DNA of 64,000 nucleotides from positions 186,001 to 250,000 of the IMG/VR virus record IMGVR_UViG_3300020202_000061; one strand, written 5' to 3'. Below, piece by piece: positions 36,483-45,003 of the stretch. Each line of letters starts with the position of its first letter. Positions within the stretch are counted from its first letter, which is position 1. The translations under genes and the position numbers were made by a program. Below the pieces are notes generated by a model. The model saw nothing but the letters and a program-made list of their open reading frames with translations. It had not been told where the DNA came from and did not search any database.

Positions 36483-37727
36483 ATGTCTGCACCTTTCGAA
36501 AAGGACCTCGACGTTTTGTTCGAGGAATTGAACAAGCGTGAAATACCGGAAGTCGATCCTGCGTTGGGGTATGCTCGTACCTCAAAGCTAACGGTCGGCA
36601 AACTTAGGCAGTATTTTCCGGAGATCGATGATCTTACCTGGAAGAAGCTGGTGTCCGGCAAGATCGAGGACTACTTCACCAAACGTGCACACGATCAAGA
36701 TTTTGGTATCGTTCTTCTATTTGATGCTTGGTACGAGCATCAGCGTTACGTCGCGTCGGATTGGCTCTACACGGTGATGGAGTCGATGGAGGATGGAACC
36801 TACAAGGCAAAGGTCGATCCCATCATCATTGGTTTGCTCGACGGCTACGCCTATCATCTGGCCGGTCGCCATCGTACCGTAGCTACTGTTGCCACTGGTA
36901 AGAGCTACGTTCACAACTACCAGATCATCAACTTCGACAGCTATGAAGAAATGCGGGAGTTCTACGGACACACGCACACCCGTCGTGCTGCGAACACTAA
37001 CACCAAGAACACGTTCTGGCTCGACAAGACCACATGGAAGATGACCGAACGTTTCGTGGACAAGGTCGTCTCGGCTGTGAAGGCTGTTGTCGTTCTGAAC
37101 ATGGACCCGCGCACTGGCTTCACCAAGGACATGCTGATGTCGGATCGCAAGTTTTACAAGGACATCCTGCCGACCTATAAGAAGGCGGCCGAAGCGATCT
37201 ACGAAATTCTGGAGAACGGTGAGCGTGATATTCTCAAGGGTCTGAGCTACGCCGGTCGTTTGGGTTTTATGCTCGTCGCAATGCGCTATCAACCAGCCAA
37301 GGCGTCGGCTCTTCTCATGACGTTGGCCAATCCTCGTCATTTGTCTGAGGATACGCCTGCGTGGTTCATGAATCGTGTGCTCAAGGATTTGAACAAGCCC
37401 ATCGATCCGGTTATTCTCAAAGCCGGTCGTGGCTATTCCACAGGTGTCGGTCAGCAGATCGAGCATGCCAGTGAGTTTTCGGTTCTCTGGTTCCGTTACT
37501 GCAAGCAGGTGACGATGAAGCGATACATCGTTCCGCCGGAACTCGTCAACGCCCCGATTTTTATCGAGGGTGCGCCTGCTCAGCATCAGCAGGGTCGTGA
37601 GCACTACGCGGTTCGTCTCTCGAAGAAAGATGAAGCCAAACAAACATTAGCCAATCGTATGGCCAGGGTTCTCGGAGCGCGTAAGAAGATGATGACTCAG
37701 GCGAAGCGTCTGCAAGCAGCCGAGTAA
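36483..37727 (+). CDS. 414-aa protein with ParB-like (GRHR) motif
   Basis: own promoter (36406) and terminator (37747); LAGRHRTVA. Confidence 0.65.
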   Translation: MSAPFEKDLDVLFEELNKREIPEVDPALGYARTSKLTVGKLRQYFPEIDDLTWKKLVSGKIEDYFTKRAHDQDFGIVLLFDAWYEHQRYVASDWLYTVMESMEDGTYKAKVDPIIIGLLDGYAYHLAGRHRTVATVATGKSYVHNYQIINFDSYEEMREFYGHTHTRRAANTNTKNTFWLDKTTWKMTERFVDKVVSAVKAVVVLNMDPRTGFTKDMLMSDRKFYKDILPTYKKAAEAIYEILENGERDILKGLSYAGRLGFMLVAMRYQPAKASALLMTLANPRHLSEDTPAWFMNRVLKDLNKPIDPVILKAGRGYSTGVGQQIEHASEFSVLWFRYCKQVTMKRYIVPPELVNAPIFIEGAPAQHQQGREHYAVRLSKKDEAKQTLANRMARVLGARKKMMTQAKRLQAAE

Positions 37728-37746
37728 CGTTGGATCGACAACAGAG

Positions 37747-37778
37747 AACCCCCGGCATTTTCTGCCGGGGGTTTTTCA
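37747..37778 (+). terminator. intrinsic terminator
   Basis: AACCCCCGGCA-TTTTC-TGCCGGGGGTTTTT. Confidence 0.75.
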
Positions 37779-37974
37779 TTGGACAATATGGTTTACAGTC
37801 ATGGTTAGTATTCGGGTAGTATAATAGATATCTGTCCATTTACAATACTCAGAGATTTCCACTTAGACTGCATAATTGTGACCGATATGCCACGATCATT
37901 TCACACCATTTCTGGAAATTCTTGACAACCTCTGGATTTCCCCGATATACTCCTGAACAGGAAGGGAGAACCAC

Positions 37975-38382
37975 ATGGCTGAAACACAAGCGGCTCAACC
38001 GAGCCATACTCTGCGAAACATCACGCTTGGCATTTTGCTGATCGGTGCGGTCGCAGGCTCAGTGCTAGGAACCCTCAAGGGGAAAGAGAAGTTCGATGAG
38101 TTTGTGGACGCACGGGTCCAGGCTCGATTCGAGGAACTCTCCAAGAACAACGTGATGGTGGACAAGAACGCCGCCGTTATGACCACGGTCTGGTCCAGTT
38201 CGGACGCGAAAGAGCCGGTGCGTCGAACCATGGCGTTGGACGCGGTCAAATGCCAGGAACTCAAGGAATCCAACACCAAGGCCAGTGCCACCAGTACTCT
38301 CTCGGTGGACTGTCTGCCCGTGGATTCCCTATTCGGGGCGGCTCCGGCTCCGTCCGTAACAACGGCACCAGCCACCAACTGA
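37975..38382 (+). CDS. single-TM membrane-anchored protein
   Basis: N-terminal TM; promoter at 37922. Confidence 0.65.
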   Translation: MAETQAAQPSHTLRNITLGILLIGAVAGSVLGTLKGKEKFDEFVDARVQARFEELSKNNVMVDKNAAVMTTVWSSSDAKEPVRRTMALDAVKCQELKESNTKASATSTLSVDCLPVDSLFGAAPAPSVTTAPATN

Positions 38383-38421
38383 TCGTCCCTCGGGGCGAAA
38401 CCCTGACAACAGGAGTTCGCT

Positions 38422-38970
38422 ATGTCTACGACGACAATCGTAGCGGGGATGTTGCAGTTTCTGCACCCGCTGTTCTTTGATACGACCATCGAGATTAATC
38501 GGGCGGAGATCGAATGTCTGGCTACGAACATCTACTTCGAAGCAGCAGCCGAAGAACGCCTTGGGAAAACCGCCGTCGCCCACGTCACGTTGAATCGTCT
38601 GCGCGATCCCGCATACGAACACAGCGTTTGCAACGTGGTCGAGGAATCGTTCGCCCCTGGCACGAAATCATGCCAGTTTTCCTGGACGTGTGACGGAAAA
38701 TCCGACGTGGTGCCGGTGGATACCAAAGCCGGGGCTAGGGTCTACCAGGAGTGTGTGGAAGAGGCGATCCTCGCCTACTTCGGGCTCACCCCGGACCCCA
38801 CGCAGGGGGCGACCTACTACTACGCGTATGAGTTGGTCACCCCGCATTGGGCATCCAAATTCAAAGAGGTTGCGGTGATCGGCGGTCACCGATTCATGGC
38901 CGACCAAAACGATCTCCGTCGTTACAATAATCCGGTCGAATCCTTACTGGTTCGGGCCAGCTATCCTTGA
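38422..38970 (+). CDS. cell wall hydrolase (SleB/Hydrolase_2)
   Basis: CLATNIYFEA..AVAHVTLNR..CQFSW..IGGHRF. Confidence 0.9.
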   Translation: MSTTTIVAGMLQFLHPLFFDTTIEINRAEIECLATNIYFEAAAEERLGKTAVAHVTLNRLRDPAYEHSVCNVVEESFAPGTKSCQFSWTCDGKSDVVPVDTKAGARVYQECVEEAILAYFGLTPDPTQGATYYYAYELVTPHWASKFKEVAVIGGHRFMADQNDLRRYNNPVESLLVRASYP

Positions 38971-39018
38971 CAAACCCTGGGGTTTCTGGTAGGATCGCGG
39001 AAATCCCAGGAGTCTTTC

Positions 39019-39255
39019 ATGACGTTTACCCGCGAGCAGGTCGATGCCATCACCATCGGTACGATGATCACCAGAGGTATCGATGACCGTTGGAGTGATC
39101 CTCATCCGGTTGTGAGTATTCACGCCAAGCAAAATGACATCGAGGGCAAGCTGTTCGTCTGTGGTTACACCACCTACGGCGAAGATGCTCAGATGAGTTT
39201 CTCCATCAAGGAAGGCGATCCCACGGATTTTCGCCATTACAGGATCGGCGAATGA
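39019..39255 (+). CDS. hypothetical protein
   Basis: AGGAG RBS after promoter 38967. Confidence 0.6.
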   Translation: MTFTREQVDAITIGTMITRGIDDRWSDPHPVVSIHAKQNDIEGKLFVCGYTTYGEDAQMSFSIKEGDPTDFRHYRIGE

Positions 39256-40499
39256 CCCAACCCTTTCCATATCCAGTTCGCCGGGTACTGGCGCGTCTGA
39301 ACCACGCGGGGTTCGAGGCACGTGTGGCGGGCGGCGCAGTTCGTGATCTTCTGCTGGGCCAGACTCCGAAGGATTACGATGTGGCGACCACGGCACGGCC
39401 CGAACAGGTTGTGAAACTGTTCGAACAATGCGGGCTCCAGGTGATCCCCACCGGTATCTTTCACGGAACAGTCACGGTAGTTGTGCCGGACGATGAGCCG
39501 GGCACCCCGACGAACCTCGTCGAGAACGAGGACCTCCGTTTCATGCAGATCGAGATCACCACGTTGCGGGTGGATCGGGAAACCGATGGCCGCCACGCCG
39601 TGGTCGAATTCACCGACGACTGGGAGGCCGACGCCGCCCGCCGAGACTTCACGATCAATGCGATGTTCATGGACGCCGAGGGTGAGGTCTACGACTTCTT
39701 CCACGGCCAAGAGGACCTGGAACATTCGGTGATCCGGTTCGTCGGCAACGCGGATGAGCGCATTCAGGAGGATTACCTCCGTATCTTGCGATTCTATCGG
39801 TTCGCAGCACGCTTCGGCAACAACGACATGTGTCCGATGATGAGCGACCGCGAAGCTATCCGCCGGAACCTCGCCGGGCTCAAACAGATCAGCGGTGAGC
39901 GCATCTGGATGGAACTGACCAAACTGATCCGGTTGCCCGGCGCGAGCATGGCCCTCTACTGCATGTGCCTGGATGGTGTGCATGAGGCTATTGACCTGTC
40001 GATGATCCGGACTGCCGAGTTCATCAACATCCGTTATCATACGGATGATCCGATCACGTGTTTGGTCGGAGCTTGCTCGGCCGACCGTATGCCCCTGGCC
40101 GAGGGCTATCAAACCCTCATGGACACTCTGTGGCATCGCTACAAGGTCAGCAAGGTTGAGGTCGCCCGAGCCCAGTTTCTGATCGCCCATCGTGAACCGG
40201 GACGGTTTCAGTCGCTCCAGGACTATCTGCGGCTGATCACCCAGCAGGACCCGAAGAGCCAGGAGTTCGCAAAGGAATCCGCGCAGTTCCTGGCACTGCT
40301 GCATGATCGACCGGGGATTTCCACGACCATCGCGGTTTGGACAATCCCAACGTTTCCTCTGACCGGGAAGGACTTGATCCAACAGGGTATCCTGCCCGGC
40401 GCGGATATGGGCCGAATGTTGAAACGGGCCAAGGTCTTTTGGATCGATTCCCAATACACCCTTACCACGGAGGAATTGGTAAATTTAGTGAGAACCTGA
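39252..40499 (+). CDS. cca: CCA-adding tRNA nucleotidyltransferase (class II)
   Basis: GGAVRDLLLG..PKDYDVAT, RRDFTINAM, DYLRILRFYRF, SGERI. Confidence 0.9.
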   Translation: MTQPFPYPVRRVLARLNHAGFEARVAGGAVRDLLLGQTPKDYDVATTARPEQVVKLFEQCGLQVIPTGIFHGTVTVVVPDDEPGTPTNLVENEDLRFMQIEITTLRVDRETDGRHAVVEFTDDWEADAARRDFTINAMFMDAEGEVYDFFHGQEDLEHSVIRFVGNADERIQEDYLRILRFYRFAARFGNNDMCPMMSDREAIRRNLAGLKQISGERIWMELTKLIRLPGASMALYCMCLDGVHEAIDLSMIRTAEFINIRYHTDDPITCLVGACSADRMPLAEGYQTLMDTLWHRYKVSKVEVARAQFLIAHREPGRFQSLQDYLRLITQQDPKSQEFAKESAQFLALLHDRPGISTTIAVWTIPTFPLTGKDLIQQGILPGADMGRMLKRAKVFWIDSQYTLTTEELVNLVRT

Positions 40500-40542
40500 A
40501 AAAACCTCTTGACCTTCCGCTCGCAATCCCCTAAGTAGGTGT

Positions 40543-40621
40543 TGCGGGCGGGAGGCATTTAGAGTTTCTCACAGCGCTCATAACGCTGCAAGCCGGGTGC
40601 GATATCCGGGCCTCGCAACCA
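40543..40621 (+). tRNA. tRNA-Met(CAT), initiator-like, atypical
   Basis: fMet-like 3' end CGCAACCA, CT-CAT-AA, T-loop TGCGATA. Confidence 0.72.
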
Positions 40622-40651
40622 AAAGGGACCTCCGGGTCCCTTCTTCTCTTT

Positions 40652-40723
40652 GGCGAATCCTCTGGTGAGGAGTCGGCTCTCATAAGGCTGATAGCGTGAG
40701 TTCGATTCTCCGATTCGCCACCA
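40652..40723 (+). tRNA. tRNA(CAT), Met or Ile2, shortened D arm
   Basis: GGCGAAT/ATTCGCC-A-CCA; CT-CAT-AA. Confidence 0.75.
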
Positions 40724-40735
40724 AAAATCTCCGAT

Positions 40736-40814
40736 GGGTGGTTGAAGGGAATTGGGTATACCTGCCGGTCTTAGAAGCCGGTGTTTGTGGGTTCGAGTCC
40801 CACACCACCTACCA
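40736..40814 (+). tRNA. tRNA-Leu(TAG), short variable loop
   Basis: GGGTGGT/ACCACCT-A-CCA; CT-TAG-AA. Confidence 0.85.
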
Positions 40815-40830
40815 GACCTCTGGAGGCCGT

Positions 40831-41580
40831 ATGCGTGAATATCCTTTCCGTTACATCGGTCCGTCCATCAATCAGACAGTCTGGTTCGTCCTGTGCCAGA
40901 AAGGCAACCCCCAGGTATTCGAGGGGAAGATCGTCGAGATCGCCGATTACGCGGAGATCGCCCGTAGTCATGGCCATTACAAAGACCCGGTCGAGAACTA
41001 CCTAGTGGATTATTGGGTGGAATCCCCAGACTATTCATTCGGCCATGGTGTGACCTTCGGGAATGAAATCTACGAGACGCGTGAGGAAGCCGAGCGGGTT
41101 GCGGCGGATTGGAAAATTGAGATCAATCTGGTTCTCGATCTCTCTCAAAGGCTCATCGGTGAGCCCAAGCTGACCGGCCAAGACCAACTTGATATGGCCA
41201 AAATCCTTGGCAAGGCTCCGTTGAATGCGGAGTTTGACGGTTATGATCCGGAGACGGGTTGGATCAAATGGTCTACCCAGGCGTATCGTGATTGGGATCA
41301 GAACCAGCGCGAATACTTCGAGAAACATCATGATCTTCCGGATGAGTATCCGCCCGAGAACAGCAGCGGGGAGCATCCCTGCTATCTCAGCAATTTCGAT
41401 GCAATCCGTTCATACCTCCCTATGGGCGGGTGGACCCTGGCACAACCGACCGAATCATATTTCGAGGTCGAGTTGACTTCCACTTTTTCCGCAACACCTT
41501 ATAGGGGAACGAGTACGCAGAGCCCAGCACTGGCACTGTGTAGGGCGATCCTCGCTTATGAGATCGCCCAAATAAACTGA
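40831..41580 (+). CDS. hypothetical protein, possible C-terminal ABA-sandwich-like domain
   Basis: GGAGG RBS; PCYLSNFDA...PALALCRAIL. Confidence 0.6.
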   Translation: MREYPFRYIGPSINQTVWFVLCQKGNPQVFEGKIVEIADYAEIARSHGHYKDPVENYLVDYWVESPDYSFGHGVTFGNEIYETREEAERVAADWKIEINLVLDLSQRLIGEPKLTGQDQLDMAKILGKAPLNAEFDGYDPETGWIKWSTQAYRDWDQNQREYFEKHHDLPDEYPPENSSGEHPCYLSNFDAIRSYLPMGGWTLAQPTESYFEVELTSTFSATPYRGTSTQSPALALCRAILAYEIAQIN

Positions 41581-41589
41581 GGGGATTTC

Positions 41590-42120
41590 ATGGAACTGCT
41601 CGACCCACCTGTCGCTGGCCAAGTCTACGCGGCACAACATCCACATGCGGCAACTGGTGCCGAGAACAAATACACAGTTCTGGCGGTGATTGATGATGTC
41701 GTGATCGTCGAGGATTCCTGGAAGGGTGAAGCCTATCTGGAGGAGCGCCATTGGGAGGCTCCGAAGGTGATGAGTCTCAGCCAATTCAACGCGTGGCCTA
41801 AGACGCTGGTCGAGGACGTGGTTGAATTGGAGCTTGTGGATGATATCACCGATATCGATGACACCGATATCGATGACACCGATGTCGATGACACCAATGT
41901 GAGCGCTGATGACGTTAATCTGTCATCAACATGTTGGGTAGTATCATCGAGCTATGATGAGGCTGAGTTCTGGAGCATTCGTGACGGCGGATACTGGACC
42001 AACGATGTTTCGTCCGCCCTGAAATTCTATTCCGCACAGGACGCGGATGATTATGCGAGGTCTGCTCTGGGCACGCACACACGCTTCGTCATTTCCATGG
42101 TCAATGTTGTTCGTGACTAA
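41590..42120 (+). CDS. acidic hypothetical protein
   Basis: GAGGGG RBS; internal TDIDD repeats. Confidence 0.6.
   Translation: MELLDPPVAGQVYAAQHPHAATGAENKYTVLAVIDDVVIVEDSWKGEAYLEERHWEAPKVMSLSQFNAWPKTLVEDVVELELVDDITDIDDTDIDDTDVDDTNVSADDVNLSSTCWVVSSSYDEAEFWSIRDGGYWTNDVSSALKFYSAQDADDYARSALGTHTRFVISMVNVVRD
41851..41895 (+). repeat. 15-bp tandem repeat x3, in frame
   Basis: GAT(A/G)TCGATGACACC x3. Confidence 0.85.
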
Positions 42121-42404
42121 TGATCAGGAAGATAGTTCTGAGTCCGAATGAGATGGATTTCTTCATGTCAGCCGATCTCGATCCTGCTGAGAAGCAGTTG
42201 TTCGCAATCGTGCTCAAGGCAAATCCTGATGAAATCCTCAAGTTCGAACCCAAGACCTATCGCACGAAGAACTCCAAGACCGGTCGTGTCGTAGACTATT
42301 TCGCATGTTCTTCTGATCGTGCACTTGCCCTGGCCTACATGGACCAGGGATGGCATCACCAAATTGATCTCGTTGATCTTGACACGGAATCGAAAGGCTC
42401 GTAA
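42120..42404 (+). CDS. hypothetical protein
   Basis: TAATG coupling. Confidence 0.55.
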   Translation: MIRKIVLSPNEMDFFMSADLDPAEKQLFAIVLKANPDEILKFEPKTYRTKNSKTGRVVDYFACSSDRALALAYMDQGWHHQIDLVDLDTESKGS

Positions 42405-42437
42405 CTCTGGTAATCGGGGACGAGTTTTGGGGGAAGA

Positions 42438-43064
42438 ATGGAGACCTTGGGGAAGGATGCGTACGAGGACGACGTTGTCGTCCGCGATCTCGCACGCATG
42501 AAGAACCACATCGAGACTGCCGTAATTCTGGGTCGTCTCGAAGAATTCTATGTAGCCACCTGTACCTTTCGTAGTCCCAAACATTTCCAGGGCGAACGTC
42601 GTTGCGTGATGCTGCACGATCACGAACGCGTCGTGGCCATGGTTGGTCTAGGTGATTATCAAAGCGGATTGATCTCTGGCTACGATATTCGTTGGGTGGG
42701 GGTACATCCCGATTTTCGTGGCCGTAGGCTGGCGATGAAACTCTACGTGTTCCTGATCATCAAAACCCGCACACGCCTCTGGAGCGGAAGCCAACAGACA
42801 CCAGACGGGCGTAAGCTGTGGTTGAATCTGTCTCGGGAACCCGGTATTGAAATGCGGGTGATCTCTCCGCGTCACGTTGATCATGTCGTTCCCGGACAGC
42901 ACCGCCTGCATGGCGAGACCCACCCACTCTACAATGGGAAGCTCGCTGAGGACACCCGAATTCTGGCATTTCACCAGGATGATCCTGTAGGAAAGTGGAT
43001 CGATCTGATTCCCACTATCTTCGAGGAACGATCTATTTTACGAAGATTCGAAAAAACCGCTTGA
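42438..43064 (+). CDS. GNAT-fold protein
   Basis: VGVHPDFRGRRLAMKLY; QTPDGRKLW. Confidence 0.75.
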   Translation: METLGKDAYEDDVVVRDLARMKNHIETAVILGRLEEFYVATCTFRSPKHFQGERRCVMLHDHERVVAMVGLGDYQSGLISGYDIRWVGVHPDFRGRRLAMKLYVFLIIKTRTRLWSGSQQTPDGRKLWLNLSREPGIEMRVISPRHVDHVVPGQHRLHGETHPLYNGKLAEDTRILAFHQDDPVGKWIDLIPTIFEERSILRRFEKTA

Positions 43065-43398
43065 CGAGACCTAGGGGTTTCCTATATACGGATCGAGAAG
43101 AGGTGCGGTGGAGCCGAAATGACCGTTGTAACCGGATTGCCGGTGGTCGTTGAGGTGTCGGGCGATGCCCGTGAACATCGATAGCCAAATACAACCCAGG
43201 CACTCCTGGAATGGCCGTAGGTCGCTGAACCTCGTCTCGAAACTGACACCGGACCTAAATAGGTCCTAGAGGAATCTGAGATGACCATTCGATTTTATCA
43301 TTATTTGCTTAGTGAGGGCTGGGGCGGATAACGTATCCCAAATACGTTCACGCGTCTCCGGCCACCCAACGCAAGTTCGGTGGTCTTTTTTTGTATCT

Positions 43399-43474
43399 GC
43401 ACCTTTGGTGAAGCTGGTGCTCACAGCGGTCTGAAAAGCCGAAGAAGTTGGTTCGATTCCAACAGGGTGCACCA
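43399..43474 (+). tRNA. tRNA-Phe(GAA)
   Basis: cloverleaf, CT-GAA-AA, CCA. Confidence 0.9.
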
Positions 43475-43548
43475 AGAAGTTGGGCTTTGCGATAGCCTCT
43501 GGATTGGAGCCAGTGACCGTGGTGACGGTCGAACAAAGTCGCAGCTAT

Positions 43549-43625
43549 GGTGGATATAGTGTACTGGTGTGCACGTCAGGCTGTGAACCTGAAAGGCGAG
43601 GGTTCGATTCCCCGTTTCCACCCCA
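43549..43625 (+). tRNA. tRNA-His(GTG) with G-1 and C73
   Basis: G-GTGGATA/TTTCCAC-C-CCA. Confidence 0.9.
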
Positions 43626-43638
43626 AAGTTTTGAGTAT

Positions 43639-43722
43639 GCACGAGCCGTTCCTTGGAGAGATCAAGTGGCTGTAAACCACCCGGCTTCGCCTGAGTAGGT
43701 TCGAATCCTACCTCGTGCACCA
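43639..43722 (+). tRNA. tRNA-Tyr(GTA)
   Basis: GCACGAG/CTCGTGC-A-CCA; variable arm. Confidence 0.85.
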
Positions 43723-43727
43723 ATTAT

Positions 43728-43818
43728 GGGTTTCCTTCTTCACGGCGGTCTGTAAAACCGCTGGCGCAAAATCGAGTGAAGCGGATGCTGAGAGGTTCGA
43801 CTCCTCGGAAACCCACCA
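43728..43818 (+). tRNA. tRNA-Tyr(GTA)-like, lacking a D hairpin
   Basis: GGGTTTC/GAAACCC-A-CCA; only 9 nt in place of the D arm; 28-nt extra region. Confidence 0.65.
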
Positions 43819-43891
43819 AATATCGCAGGTGATTAGCTCCTGAAATTCTTAAAGGCGGGCCGCCAGGAGTCCCCCGCCGCCTGCACAGAAT

Positions 43892-43975
43892 GCGGTCGTG
43901 GTGTAACGGTAGCCACGCTGGTCTCAGAAGCCAGTGCCGAAAGGCGTGGGAGTTCGACTCTCCCCGGCCGCACCA
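43892..43975 (+). tRNA. tRNA-Leu(CAG)
   Basis: cloverleaf with variable arm, CCA. Confidence 0.92.
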
Positions 43976-44112
43976 ACTTCGGGTCGTTTGGATTGGGTTA
44001 TTGCTCCATAAGCACGAGGGTGTAGGTTCGAATCCTACTCTGCCGACCAATACCGGCAGATAGCATAACGGTAGTGCACGTAAAACATCTGGTCCGCCTT
44101 TTATCCGAAGTT
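43976..44112 (+). ncRNA. YrlA-like Y RNA / circularly permuted tRNA module, copy A
   Basis: CTTCGGGT(C)G/TTATCCGAAG bulged stem; T arm, TCTGCCG-ACCA-ATAC-CGGCAGA, then D arm. Confidence 0.72.
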
Positions 44113-44118
44113 GATTTC

Positions 44119-44200
44119 GCGCCTATGGCGAAACTGGTAGACGCACTGGAATGAGAGTCCAGCGAGTAAAATCATGGAGGTTCGAGTCCTCTTAGGCGCA
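44119..44200 (+). tRNA. tRNA-Leu(GAG), no encoded CCA
   Basis: GCGCCTA/TAGGCGC-A then CTA. Confidence 0.88.
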
Positions 44201-44203
44201 CTA

Positions 44204-44339
44204 AACTCGGGTCGTTAGATTGGGTTATCGTAGCCCGTCCCCATCGTGGGTTCGAATCCCACTACCTGTCGTATGACGGGTATAGCCAAGTGGTTAAGGC
44301 AGGGACTTGTATAAACCAGTCGGCCTTTTTATCCGAGTT
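44204..44339 (+). ncRNA. YrlA-like Y RNA, copy B
   Basis: AACTCGGGT(C)G/TTATCCGAGTT; T arm, acceptor closed by GTAT, D arm, GGGAC/GTCCC stem. Confidence 0.72.
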
Positions 44340-44343
44340 GTTT

Positions 44344-44424
44344 GCCCTGGTGGCGTAATGGTAGCCGCGCTGGATTCAAAACCCAGTGCCGAGAGGCGTG
44401 TCGGTTCGAGTCCGACCTGGGGCA
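44344..44424 (+). tRNA. tRNA-Leu(CAA), no encoded CCA
   Basis: GCCCTGG/CTGGGGC-A then CCC. Confidence 0.88.
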
Positions 44425-44477
44425 CCCAGTTGACAAAATCCTCTGTATCTCTTAGATGAGTGCAGGGGATTATTTTT

Positions 44478-45002
44478 ATGACACGCATTGGCATCTACGC
44501 GGGATCGTTTGATCCACCGACCAATGGTCACCAATGGATGATTCAGGAGGGGGCCAAGCTCTTCGACAATCTGATTGTGGCCATCGGTGTAAACCCGGCG
44601 AAACGCCCCATGTTCAGCGTGGCCGAGCGCAAAGCCATGCTCCAGGACATGTTGGTATGTGATCGATATGGTTTGCAAAACGTCCAGGTAACGACGTTCG
44701 AAAACGAGTTCCTCATCGGCTACGCGCGTGAGATCGGAGCCAACTACATTCTCCGTGGAATCCGTTCGGCCGCCGATTACGAATACGAACACAATATGCG
44801 CAACATCAACGAGGATATTGGCTCGGATTGGCCCGAGCGGAACAGAACCACAGTGTTTTTGATTCCACCGAGGGAGGTCTGTGAGATCAGTTCCAGTACG
44901 GTGAAGGGGTTGATCGGCCCCAATGGTTGGGAGGGCATTGTCGCGAAATATGTGCCGCGCAGTGTTTACGAGATTTTGATCAAAAAATCCAGGGAAGGGT
45001 GA
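44478..45002 (+). CDS. coaD: phosphopantetheine adenylyltransferase
   Basis: GIYAGSFDPPTNGH, LRGIRS..DYEYE, EISSSTVK. Confidence 0.9.
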   Translation: MTRIGIYAGSFDPPTNGHQWMIQEGAKLFDNLIVAIGVNPAKRPMFSVAERKAMLQDMLVCDRYGLQNVQVTTFENEFLIGYAREIGANYILRGIRSAADYEYEHNMRNINEDIGSDWPERNRTTVFLIPPREVCEISSSTVKGLIGPNGWEGIVAKYVPRSVYEILIKKSREG

Positions 45003-45003
45003 A

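Noticed and set aside
43266-44494. ORFs listed across tRNA clusters, and the N-terminal extension of 40696..41580
   Set aside because: They overlap tRNA or ncRNA genes and translate to typical tRNA-antisense artefacts.
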